A stretch of DNA of 52,671 nt from Candidatus Pacebacteria bacterium CG10_big_fil_rev_8_21_14_0_10_56_10 (GCA_002772645.1 PFDK01000009.1:1-52671); one strand, 5' to 3'; positions 28,159-36,297 are shown, counted from the first letter of the stretch. The notes: a model not told the origin generated them from the letters alone. Program-made: numbers and translations.

Positions 28159-28680
28159 TTAACCCTTGCCGATCTTGAAGCGGGTGGGCTGGAAGTCGTC
28201 GGCCTCGATGTCAGGGATGATGACTTGGGCGTGGAGGTGTTTGACGGTGCCTGCTGAGTAGTCGGTGTCGCCGAACCGGATGGCCACCCCGCCGCCGGGC
28301 AGGTTGTGCTGGCGTTCCAGCCAAGCCACCAGTTCGAACAGCTCGGCGCCGGCCGCGGCCGGCGCCTCAGCAAAGCTCTCCCAGTGTTCCAGGCCAATCA
28401 ACAGCCAGTGGTGACGAGTGTGCCGGTACGGCCACTTATTGGTAGTGATCAGCCAGTACTTGCCCTCCTTGATGATGGGCGGGGTGTGGTAGCGCTCCAA
28501 GTTCTGTCGGCAGAACGGGCAGTGACCGGCCGCGATGATCCGGCGCATGACGTCACGCTGGTCGTCATGGCGGGCATTGCTGATGTCCACGAAGCGGCGG
28601 ACTGGGTCGCTGACTTGGACTTTGGTCTGATTATCGGTTGTCTGGTGGTCGGTCGAGTGGCCGGCATTTTTTTTTGACAT
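28159..28680 (-). CDS. HIT-superfamily protein, GalT/Apa-branch-like (HxHxQ)
   Basis: CPFC plus VKHLHAQVIIP, with the third His replaced by Gln. Confidence 0.6.
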   Translation of the reverse strand: MSKKNAGHSTDHQTTDNQTKVQVSDPVRRFVDISNARHDDQRDVMRRIIAAGHCPFCRQNLERYHTPPIIKEGKYWLITTNKWPYRHTRHHWLLIGLEHWESFAEAPAAAGAELFELVAWLERQHNLPGGGVAIRFGDTDYSAGTVKHLHAQVIIPDIEADDFQPTRFKIGKG

Positions 28681-28689
28681 AGCCGGGCC

Positions 28690-29688
28690 CTAAATCGCCA
28701 CCGGCACGCCTTTGATGCCGGGATGTGGATCGTAACCAACCAGCTCAAAGTCACTGTAGCGGTAGGCAAAAAAGTCATCGCGCCGTTTCATCTTGATTTG
28801 GGGCAGCGGCCGCAGTTGACGCTCCAGCATGGTCTCGACAGCCGGCAGCTGGTCAACGTAGATATGGGCGTCGGAGATAGTGTGGACGTACTCAACAGCC
28901 TTGGTACCGGTTGCCGCGGCGATCATCAGGGCCAAAGCCGCGTACTGGACCATGTTGGCCGGCACGCCGATCGGGGCGTCACCGGAGCGCTGGAACATGT
29001 GCAGCGTCAACTTACCATCGATCACTCGCAAGTGGACCCAGCCATGACAGGGACAGACCACTACTTTTTGGGTTTTGCCCCGGCCGCGGACGATGTACTG
29101 AGGGATCCAAGGCGTGATGAAGTGAGTTCTTAAGTGAGGCAGTTCGCGGATTTGTTCTATGATTTGCTGGAACTGGTTGTAGGTAGGTCCCTCGCTGGTG
29201 GGGAAGTCGTGAAAAGCTGCGCCGTACGAGCCGGGGCCGAGGTCACCGGTCTCCAGGCCGCGCTTGCTGCACTTGCGCTCGATTACCCACGGCGCCCACC
29301 AGCTGCAGCCAAACTCCTCGAGCTCCCGCTGAGTGCGGGCGCCGTTAACGAAGGCGGTCATCTCGGCAATGGCCTGCTGCCAGATAGTTACCGGCAAGCG
29401 CTGAGACACTTTGGGCGCCATATTGCGCTCGGTGATGACTGGAAACTCTTTGGTGAGATCGAAGCGCATCGGGCAGGTGCCGATCACGGTCAGGGCGTCG
29501 GTGCCCGACTGGCTCTTGGCGCGCACCCCGTTGTCGAGGATGTGCTGGAGAAGTTGCTGGTACTGGCTGCGAGCAGAACCACTCTGAACAGCACCACTTT
29601 GAGAGGGGTCACCCTGAGAGGTACCACTTTGAGAGGAGACGCGACCAGAGTTGGTCTCACTCTGAGATGAAGCGCGCCTCACAGCCAT
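28690..29688 (-). CDS. thyA: Thymidylate synthase ThyA-type with low-complexity SQSG-rich N-terminus (start 29688 or 29724)
   Basis: VVCPCHGW (catalytic Cys), FQRSGDAPIGVPANMVQYAAL, SDAHIYV. Confidence 0.8.
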   Translation of the reverse strand: MAVRRASSQSETNSGRVSSQSGTSQGDPSQSGAVQSGSARSQYQQLLQHILDNGVRAKSQSGTDALTVIGTCPMRFDLTKEFPVITERNMAPKVSQRLPVTIWQQAIAEMTAFVNGARTQRELEEFGCSWWAPWVIERKCSKRGLETGDLGPGSYGAAFHDFPTSEGPTYNQFQQIIEQIRELPHLRTHFITPWIPQYIVRGRGKTQKVVVCPCHGWVHLRVIDGKLTLHMFQRSGDAPIGVPANMVQYAALALMIAAATGTKAVEYVHTISDAHIYVDQLPAVETMLERQLRPLPQIKMKRRDDFFAYRYSDFELVGYDPHPGIKGVPVAI

Positions 29689-29711
29689 ACAGCTTCTTGT
29701 ACAATGTAGCC

Positions 29712-30152
29712 ATGGCACTGTCAATTCGAATTAAACTATTCGATGTTGATCTGCCCCTGCCCGCCTATCAGACTGCCGGCGCCGCCGGCTTTGATCTGTA
29801 CGCTCGCCGGCGGGTAACGATCGGACCGGGCCGGACCGCCAAAGTGCCGCTCAACGTAGCGCTAGAACTGCCACCTGGGTACTGGCTGCTGCTGGCGGCC
29901 CGCAGCTCGCTCCATACTAAGGGCCTGATGTTGGCCAACGGGGTAGGCGTGGGTGACGAGGACTTTCGCGGCGACAACGACGAGTACTTGGCAGTGCTGA
30001 CCAATCTGTTCGACCGGCCGGCCACTGTTGGGCGAGGCGAGCGGATCGTCCAGGGAATTATCCTGCCGCGCCAGCGTGCTAAACTGGAGCGCGTTGAGCA
30101 GTTAGGCTTGACCGACCGCGGCGGGCTAGGCAGTACTGGCCGACGGGCCTAG
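29712..30152 (+). CDS. dut: dUTP diphosphatase
   Basis: GAAGFDLYA, GVGVGDEDFRG and RGGLGSTG motifs. Confidence 0.85.
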   Translation: MALSIRIKLFDVDLPLPAYQTAGAAGFDLYARRRVTIGPGRTAKVPLNVALELPPGYWLLLAARSSLHTKGLMLANGVGVGDEDFRGDNDEYLAVLTNLFDRPATVGRGERIVQGIILPRQRAKLERVEQLGLTDRGGLGSTGRRA

Positions 30153-30174
30153 TACCCCCAAAAAAACCGACACC

Positions 30175-30732
30175 ATGACCACTTTTATCATCGCCGCCCT
30201 GACTGCCGACGGCTCCATTGCTAAAGACAGTCACCAGCCGTCCACCCGCTGGACCAGCGCCGAGGATGGTCAGTTCTTCGCCCGCCAGACAAAACAGAGC
30301 GGGGTGATGGTGATGGGCCGGACCACTTTTACCACTATCGGCCGGACCTTGCCTGGCCGGACAACTATTGTTTACACTTCGCGGCCTGCGCAGTTCAGCC
30401 ACCGGTTCAGCCAAGCCCAAGCATTTGGACCGGCCCAGCCAAACTTGGTGCCGGGCGGACTGCTGACCACCAAGCTGGGGCCGCGGCGACTGATCACGGC
30501 GCTGGCGGCCAAGGGCCTAGACAGCCTGGCGATCTGCGGCGGCACCAGTATCTACACTCAGTTTCTAGAGGCGGGGGTGGTTGACAAACTGTACCTGACC
30601 ATCGAGCCGGTAGTGTTTGGCGATGGCTTGCGTTTGTTTGGCCAGTTGGGCCGTCAGTACAGCTTGCGCCTCGACGAACTGCGCCGCTTGTCAGCCCAGA
30701 CGGTAGTGCTGGAGTACTCGGTGGAGAAGTGA
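30175..30732 (+). CDS. Dihydrofolate reductase-family (RibD C-terminal domain) protein
   Basis: IIAALTADGSIA .. VMVMGRTTF .. ICGGTSIY pattern. Confidence 0.7.
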   Translation: MTTFIIAALTADGSIAKDSHQPSTRWTSAEDGQFFARQTKQSGVMVMGRTTFTTIGRTLPGRTTIVYTSRPAQFSHRFSQAQAFGPAQPNLVPGGLLTTKLGPRRLITALAAKGLDSLAICGGTSIYTQFLEAGVVDKLYLTIEPVVFGDGLRLFGQLGRQYSLRLDELRRLSAQTVVLEYSVEK

Positions 30733-30757
30733 CTGCTCTACCCACCAGCCGTTGTTT

Positions 30758-30885
30758 TAGTAACCACTTAGTTTGCTGACTAGCCCCAGCGAATAATTTC
30801 TTTAAGTGAGTTTTTTTAATATGCCAAGAAAATATTGCCAATGCCCCAATGCCAACTGAAAAAAACATCTTTAGTGACCACACTA
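30758..30885 (-). repeat. GGCCCAC-iteron element, copy 4 (iteron core deleted; shares a subfamily-specific insert with copy 6; interrupted after GTGACCACAC)
   Basis: GTAACCACTTAGTTTGCTGACTAGCCCC..AATAATTTCTTTAAGTGAG..ATATGCCAAGAAAATATTGCCAATGCCCCAATGCCAACTGAAAAAAACATCTTTAGTGACCACAC. Confidence 0.8.
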
Positions 30886-30935
30886 AGTTATTTATATTTT
30901 GACTTGTAGTATGTTGTGTATTAATATTAAAGCAT

Positions 30936-31223
30936 ATGATTAGAACGTCTCTGTTTCTACCAGAGACTCTACACCAGCGGCTTATTTTACTAGCAAGGCG
31001 AGAAGGTATGAACGTCTCTGAGCTTGCCCGCGATCTTCTAGATCGGGCTTTAGCCAAGCGGGAAAGGGCCAAAATCAAACACACTTATCAGGTTCTCAAA
31101 GAGCTTGATGGTATCGGCGGTGAGGATGTGACTGACGCTTCCACCACCATTGACGAGGTACTCTACGGCGAAGAAGGAGAGTGGAAAGTGAGCAATGCAG
31201 ACGATACAGGTGCTAATCGATAG
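30936..31223 (+). CDS. Ribbon-helix-helix antitoxin (VapB-type)
   Basis: SLFLPETLHQRLILLARREGMNVSELARDLLDRAL. Confidence 0.7.
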   Translation: MIRTSLFLPETLHQRLILLARREGMNVSELARDLLDRALAKRERAKIKHTYQVLKELDGIGGEDVTDASTTIDEVLYGEEGEWKVSNADDTGANR

Positions 31224-31608
31224 TGACGCCCTGGTGGCTCGCTTCTACCCCAAAGACCCGCACCACCAGCGGGTGCTGGAGTTATTCTCTCAACTGGAAG
31301 AAGAGGAGCAAACCCTAGTCACCACCAGCCTAGTGGTGGTTGAGGTCGCCACTGTGTTGAGCCACCGCAGTGGCCAAGATATAGTGCGAGCCTTTCTTGA
31401 CAGAATCGACGAAGCTGAACTGTCCATTATTCACATCGATGTGGCTTTCCAGCAGCAAGCGCTTCAGATATTCCGCGAGCAAGCCGCCCGAGGCACCAGT
31501 GTCACCGACTGCGCCAATGTGGCGATGATGCGCCGCTTTGCTATCCCTCAAATCTTCAGCTTTGACAAGGTCTATCCAAAGCACTTTGAGTTACAGGCGA
31601 TCACCTAG
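31195..31608 (+). CDS. vapC: PIN-domain toxin VapC
   Basis: VLIDSDALVA start, TSLVVVEV and SVTDCANVAMM motifs. Confidence 0.75.
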   Translation: MQTIQVLIDSDALVARFYPKDPHHQRVLELFSQLEEEEQTLVTTSLVVVEVATVLSHRSGQDIVRAFLDRIDEAELSIIHIDVAFQQQALQIFREQAARGTSVTDCANVAMMRRFAIPQIFSFDKVYPKHFELQAIT

Positions 31609-31687
31609 AACCCTTGGCGGTTGACGTTGGCATAATCAATATAAACTTTTGTTTACCCTGAAAGAAAGTTTCTAATTCTTGTGACCG

Positions 31688-32227
31688 ATGCCACTAATAG
31701 CACAGCTTTTCTATCTTTTTCTGCCCGCTTACGCCGCCAACAGCGCGCCGGTGATCGGCAAGTGCTTAGGGTGGCTGACCGGCTTGAACGCGCCGCTCGA
31801 TCAGGGTAAAACTTGGCATGGCCGAGAAGTGCTGGGGAAACACAAAACTGTCCGCGGGCTGGTGCTGGCCATCGCGGCGGCCAGTATTGTGGCTTGCGCC
31901 CAAGTCGTGCTGTCCTCCAGCATTCCCCAGTGGCTGCCGTTGGTCCGCTACGACGTCTTTTTTTGGCCGACGGGCGTGCTGATGGGATTGGGAGCAATAC
32001 TAGGCGACGCGGCCGAGAGCGGCATCAAGCGATTACTGGGCATTCCGGCTGGTCAGCTATGGTGGCCGTTTGATTACTTTGACTACACCTTGGGGGCTTT
32101 ACTATTGTCGGGACTGGCCTGGCGACTGCCAGTCACCTTGATGGCGATGGCAATCGTCCTGAACGTTGTCTTGACTACTGCCACCAACGCGGCCGCCAAA
32201 CGGCTCGATCTCAAAGACCAGCTGTAG
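31688..32227 (+). CDS. carS: CDP-archaeol synthase (CarS, DUF46)-like membrane protein
   Basis: LFLPAYAANSAPVIG..PLDQGKTWHGREVLGKHKTVRG and LGDAAESGIKRLLG are collinear with archaeal CarS. Confidence 0.6.
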   Translation: MPLIAQLFYLFLPAYAANSAPVIGKCLGWLTGLNAPLDQGKTWHGREVLGKHKTVRGLVLAIAAASIVACAQVVLSSSIPQWLPLVRYDVFFWPTGVLMGLGAILGDAAESGIKRLLGIPAGQLWWPFDYFDYTLGALLLSGLAWRLPVTLMAMAIVLNVVLTTATNAAAKRLDLKDQL

Positions 32228-32289
32228 TGGGGCTGTAGTCAGGTTGCGACCATCATGGCGGACACCGTGGTGGTCAGGAGCGCTATCAG

Positions 32290-32994
32290 TTAGTCGCCGA
32301 GCTTGGCGTCTGGAAACCGGTCCACAAAAATCTGCCACACCTGTTTTTCTACCACCTCGATCGGTTGGGTGCCGTCAATGAGGTGCCAGCGACCAGTGCT
32401 GTCTCGGTCGGCCATCTCCAAGTAACCCTGGCGCACCTGGCGCTGAACCCCGATACCTTCCTGCTCAATACGGTCCAGATCACCCTGCCGTTGTAGTCGC
32501 TCCGCGCCCACCTCGGCCGGAACATCAAGCAGGAGCGTCAAGCTGGGCAAAGTCTGCCGAGTAGAAAAATCGTTGAGCTGTTCAATCCGATCCACCCCTA
32601 CTTGCCGCATCACGCCTTGATAAACGGTGCTGCTGTCGCGGGTTCGGTCCATGATCACCCAGTGGCCACCTTCCAGGCTGGGTAGTACCAGTTCGGCGTA
32701 CAGCTGAGCCCGGGCCGCCTGGAATAACAGCACTTCGGTCCGAATGTCCATGCGCGCGTTGTCAGGTGTCAGCACTACTTGGCGAACCTGCTCGGAGATG
32801 GGCACGCCGCCCGGCTCGCGAACGTAAGTGACTTGGTGGCCCTGGTCGCGAAGTTTATCGGTCAAGAGCTGGCACTGGGTAGTTTTGCCCACCCCTTCCA
32901 TCCCCTCGAAGCTGATCAGCCGAGGGTGGATGGTGGCGGCAGAGGTAAATGTTGAAGTTGGGGTGGTGAAAGCGGTGGGGGCAGTTACAGTCAC
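32290..32994 (-). CDS. tmk: Thymidylate kinase
   Basis: ISFEGMEGVGKTTQ P-loop; GTG start. Confidence 0.85.
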   Translation of the reverse strand: MTVTAPTAFTTPTSTFTSAATIHPRLISFEGMEGVGKTTQCQLLTDKLRDQGHQVTYVREPGGVPISEQVRQVVLTPDNARMDIRTEVLLFQAARAQLYAELVLPSLEGGHWVIMDRTRDSSTVYQGVMRQVGVDRIEQLNDFSTRQTLPSLTLLLDVPAEVGAERLQRQGDLDRIEQEGIGVQRQVRQGYLEMADRDSTGRWHLIDGTQPIEVVEKQVWQIFVDRFPDAKLGD

Positions 32995-33049
32995 AACGGT
33001 TATAGTAGCACGATCCCGAACCGACAGACGACGTTAATTAGCTGTCGAT

Positions 33050-33289
33050 CCCGACTTTCGCGCTTTTTGATTTTTTACGTTTCTTTCCAGTTGGCAATAT
33101 TTTCTTGGCATATCTAAAAAACTCACTTTAAGCGAGTGGGCCAAAACGGCCCACTAATGGCCCACTAAAGGCACACTAATGGCCCACTAATGACACACTG
33201 AAAATGCGCGCCAAAAAAACACCCCCAAAGAAATTATTCCCTAGGGGACAGTCGGCAAATTAAGTGTTTACTAATTGGCGAAAGTCGGG
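33050..33289 (+). mobile_element. GGCCCAC-iteron MITE-like element, copy 5 (complete, 240 bp)
   Basis: Left TIR CCCGACTTTCGC 33050-33061, right TIR GCGAAAGTCGGG 33278-33289; all internal modules present. Confidence 0.9.
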
Positions 33290-33413
33290 AGGCGAGCTGA
33301 GATGGTCGGCCCGCTGCCGCTAGCTGGCTGACACCTCTGGACGCCAAACTTGTTACAATGGAGCTCTGGCGCTTTCCCTAACTAACCCTAACTAAGTCGC
33401 CGAGAAACTTCCC

Positions 33414-34127
33414 ATGTTGGACACCTCACTGCGCTCCGCCAAAGACTCCGCTTTACAGTCGGTGGCGGCCCGAATGGAGAGCGTGTCGCCTGGCGCGGTC
33501 AGCTGGGCCGGGTTGACGGCCGGGCTGGCGACGGCCGGTTTGGTAGTGGCGCAGCTGTATTGGTGGGGCTTGTTGGCTTGGTGGCTTAATCGCGTACTGG
33601 ACGGCCTGGACGGCACACTGGCCCGGGTCCATGGCCGCCAGTCGGACTGGGGTGGCTACCTGGACATGGTGCTGGACCTGTCCGTTTACGCGGTAGTGTT
33701 GGTCAGCTTCTTGTGGGGAGGGTCAAAGCTGGTGTTGGGTTTGGGCGCGATAGTGCTAGCCTTGTTCTACGTCAACATTGGCCAGCTGTTTTTGAGCAGT
33801 GCCATCTTGGAAAAAATAAAGCACCAGCCAGGCGCCGCAGCGCGCCGCCGCCAAGTCGGTACCAACGGCCGTTTGACCACTCTGGAACTGCCCACCACCC
33901 TAGTTGAAGGAGCAGAGACAGTGGTGCTGTACAGCTTGCTGTTTGTGTTTGTGGGACAACTGCCGGTGGTGCTGGGCTTGATGATACTGGCGATGGCTAT
34001 CACCATCGGCCAGCGGTTTAGCTGGGCCTGGCGGACGTTGGCGGGCGGCACTGATCGAACAGGCACCGATGTCAGTGGTTCTGCCAGCACCGCTACTGGA
34101 AAGACTGGCCCCACCAGGACACTTTAA
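33414..34127 (+). CDS. CDP-alcohol phosphatidyltransferase
   Basis: LDGLDGTLARVHGRQSDWGGYLDMVLD fits D-x2-DG-x2-AR-x8-G-x3-D-x3-D. Confidence 0.8.
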   Translation: MLDTSLRSAKDSALQSVAARMESVSPGAVSWAGLTAGLATAGLVVAQLYWWGLLAWWLNRVLDGLDGTLARVHGRQSDWGGYLDMVLDLSVYAVVLVSFLWGGSKLVLGLGAIVLALFYVNIGQLFLSSAILEKIKHQPGAAARRRQVGTNGRLTTLELPTTLVEGAETVVLYSLLFVFVGQLPVVLGLMILAMAITIGQRFSWAWRTLAGGTDRTGTDVSGSASTATGKTGPTRTL

Positions 34128-36262
34128 TGAAAAAACCACAGTACCACACCGCGATCATTGGCGGCGGCGCGGCCGGCCTGACGGTGGCGGTCGGGCTGGC
34201 CCGGCTGGGCAAAAAGGTGGCGCTGATCGAGCAAGACAAGCTAGGCGGGGAGTGCACTCACTCCGGTTGTGTGCCTAGCAAGGCGCTGCTCCACGCGGTC
34301 AGGACACTGCCCGACAAGCATGTTTGGCCTCACGTTCGCCGAGTAGTCGCCGAAATCTGGCACGAAGAACAGGAAATGATCGCTGGGCTGGAGACAGTTG
34401 ATGTCATCAAGGCCCGGGCCAGCTTCGTCGACGAGTACACCCTGAAACTTGAGCGAGGCACCGGTCGAACCAGCCGCACCGGTCGGGACGGCCGGACTGC
34501 TGACAAGATCACCGCTGACAACATCACTGCTGGCCGGATCGTCATCGCCGCCGGATCGTCGCCGCGAACCATCGGCATCCCCGGCTTGCCGCCGGCCAAG
34601 GACTTCACCAACCAGAACATTTTCTCGCTGCGCAAACATCCCCGGCGTTTGGCCATACTAGGGGTAGGACCGATCTCCATCGAGTTAGCCATGGCGTTCG
34701 CGGCCATGGGCACCCGGGTGGAAGTGCTGTATCGCGGCGAGGGTATTCTAAGCAAAGAGGACCCCGAAATATCGCAAGCACTGCAGCGGCGGCTGGAACA
34801 GCTGGGCGTTGTTTTTCACTGGCACACTGCTGACCTGCGCTACAGTCGCGGCCAGCTCCAGTTTACCGCCGACGGCCAACAGCGGCAGCTGACTGGGCTA
34901 ACGGGAGTGCTGCAAGCCATCGGCCGCCAACCTAACGTAACCGGCTTGGGCCTCGATGAGGCGTGCGTGGAGTACTCTGGGCGCGGCTTGGTGGTCAACA
35001 GCGCTTTTCGGACTAACGTTGGCCACATCTTCGCCATTGGCGACATCCTCGACGATGATAAGTTTACCCACCTGGCCAATGCCCAGGGCCGAGTGGTGGT
35101 CAAGTCGATCGCTTTTCCCTGGCTGCCGGCCGGACGCCTGCCGCAGGTGCCGCGGGTAACTTACACCTCTCCTGAGGTAGCCGGCATTGGCCTGACCATG
35201 GACGAGCTGGACAAGCTTGGTCCCAATGTGGTTATAAAGCTGACGGTGCCGTTTGCCGGACTGGACCGCGGCAAGACCGACCAGACGCCGGCCGATCAGC
35301 GCGTCACTGTCTACGCCCAGCGCCTGACGGGCCGGATCCTACGGGCCAGTGTTTACGCCGACCACGCCGGCGAGATGCTGCCCTACTTTATCGTGGCTGT
35401 TAACCGCCGGTTGTCGCTGTGGAAGCTCTACCCGCTGATCTTTCCGTACCCCACGCTGGCCCAGGCTTTTGCCAAGATCGCCGACCAGTTTGTTGTCGAG
35501 ACGCTAACTAATCTCCGAGCCGAGGTGGCGGCGTTTTTCGGTCACACGGCCGGCCGGCTGTGGCGCCGCTTCGGTTTCAGGTTGCTGGGGGTGGCGCTGT
35601 GGCTGGTAACGGTCTGGGCGGTCCGCCGCTGGGCGTACGCTCAAGGCTACACCTTCCAGCAGCTGCTGGCCGAGGCGGCCGAGCTGATGACCGCTACCAG
35701 CTTGGGACCGCTGGTCTATCTGGGCGCCTACTTCCTGCGGCCGGTGTTCCTGCTGCCGGCTACCTTGCTGACCGTCTTGGCTGGCTTGACGTACGGTTTA
35801 GGCTGGGGCTTCGTACTGGCGTTGATCGGCAGTACCTTATCGACTATTTTTCCCTATGCTTTGGGCCGTTGGTTTGCTCAGGCCACCGACCAGGACGAGC
35901 GGGCCCGGTCCCGGCTCAAAGCCTACACTGATCGATTAAAAAGAGAGCCCTTTACCGGCGTTTTGCTGCTGCGGCTGCTGTTCATGCCCTACGACTTGGT
36001 CAGTGTTCTGGCCGGCAATGTTCGGGTTAATTTTTGGGCTTTCTTCGGAGCAACCGCTCTGGGCAGTTCGATCGGCACCCTGACACTGGTCAGCTTTGGC
36101 ACCTCGGTGGAGGGGGGCTTGAGCAGTTTGGTTCGGGGGGAGAGCAGTCTTAGTCCGGTTGGAGTGGCCGCATCACTCGGTTTGGCGATGTTGAGCTTGA
36201 TAATCTCCCGCTACGCTCCCAAGTTGAGGCTGTTTAAGCGTCGGACCTCGCCGGCAGCCTGA
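34127..36262 (+). CDS. Fusion: FAD-dependent pyridine nucleotide-disulfide oxidoreductase plus TVP38/TMEM64 (DedA-like) membrane domain
   Basis: IIGGGAAGLT, redox CTHSGC, second Rossmann ILGVGPISIE; C-terminal LLPATLLTVLAGLTYGLGWGF. Confidence 0.75.
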   Translation: MKKPQYHTAIIGGGAAGLTVAVGLARLGKKVALIEQDKLGGECTHSGCVPSKALLHAVRTLPDKHVWPHVRRVVAEIWHEEQEMIAGLETVDVIKARASFVDEYTLKLERGTGRTSRTGRDGRTADKITADNITAGRIVIAAGSSPRTIGIPGLPPAKDFTNQNIFSLRKHPRRLAILGVGPISIELAMAFAAMGTRVEVLYRGEGILSKEDPEISQALQRRLEQLGVVFHWHTADLRYSRGQLQFTADGQQRQLTGLTGVLQAIGRQPNVTGLGLDEACVEYSGRGLVVNSAFRTNVGHIFAIGDILDDDKFTHLANAQGRVVVKSIAFPWLPAGRLPQVPRVTYTSPEVAGIGLTMDELDKLGPNVVIKLTVPFAGLDRGKTDQTPADQRVTVYAQRLTGRILRASVYADHAGEMLPYFIVAVNRRLSLWKLYPLIFPYPTLAQAFAKIADQFVVETLTNLRAEVAAFFGHTAGRLWRRFGFRLLGVALWLVTVWAVRRWAYAQGYTFQQLLAEAAELMTATSLGPLVYLGAYFLRPVFLLPATLLTVLAGLTYGLGWGFVLALIGSTLSTIFPYALGRWFAQATDQDERARSRLKAYTDRLKREPFTGVLLLRLLFMPYDLVSVLAGNVRVNFWAFFGATALGSSIGTLTLVSFGTSVEGGLSSLVRGESSLSPVGVAASLGLAMLSLIISRYAPKLRLFKRRTSPAA

Positions 36263-36297
36263 CCGGCAGCCAGCCTGGCTTGGGGCTGGACTTTGAA

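Noticed and set aside
33090-33115. TTGGCA-N8-TTGGCA inside the element looked like a sigma-54 (-24/-12) promoter
   Set aside because: The spacing between GG and GC does not fit TGGCAC-N5-TTGCA, and the second box is TTGGCA, not TTGC(A/T).
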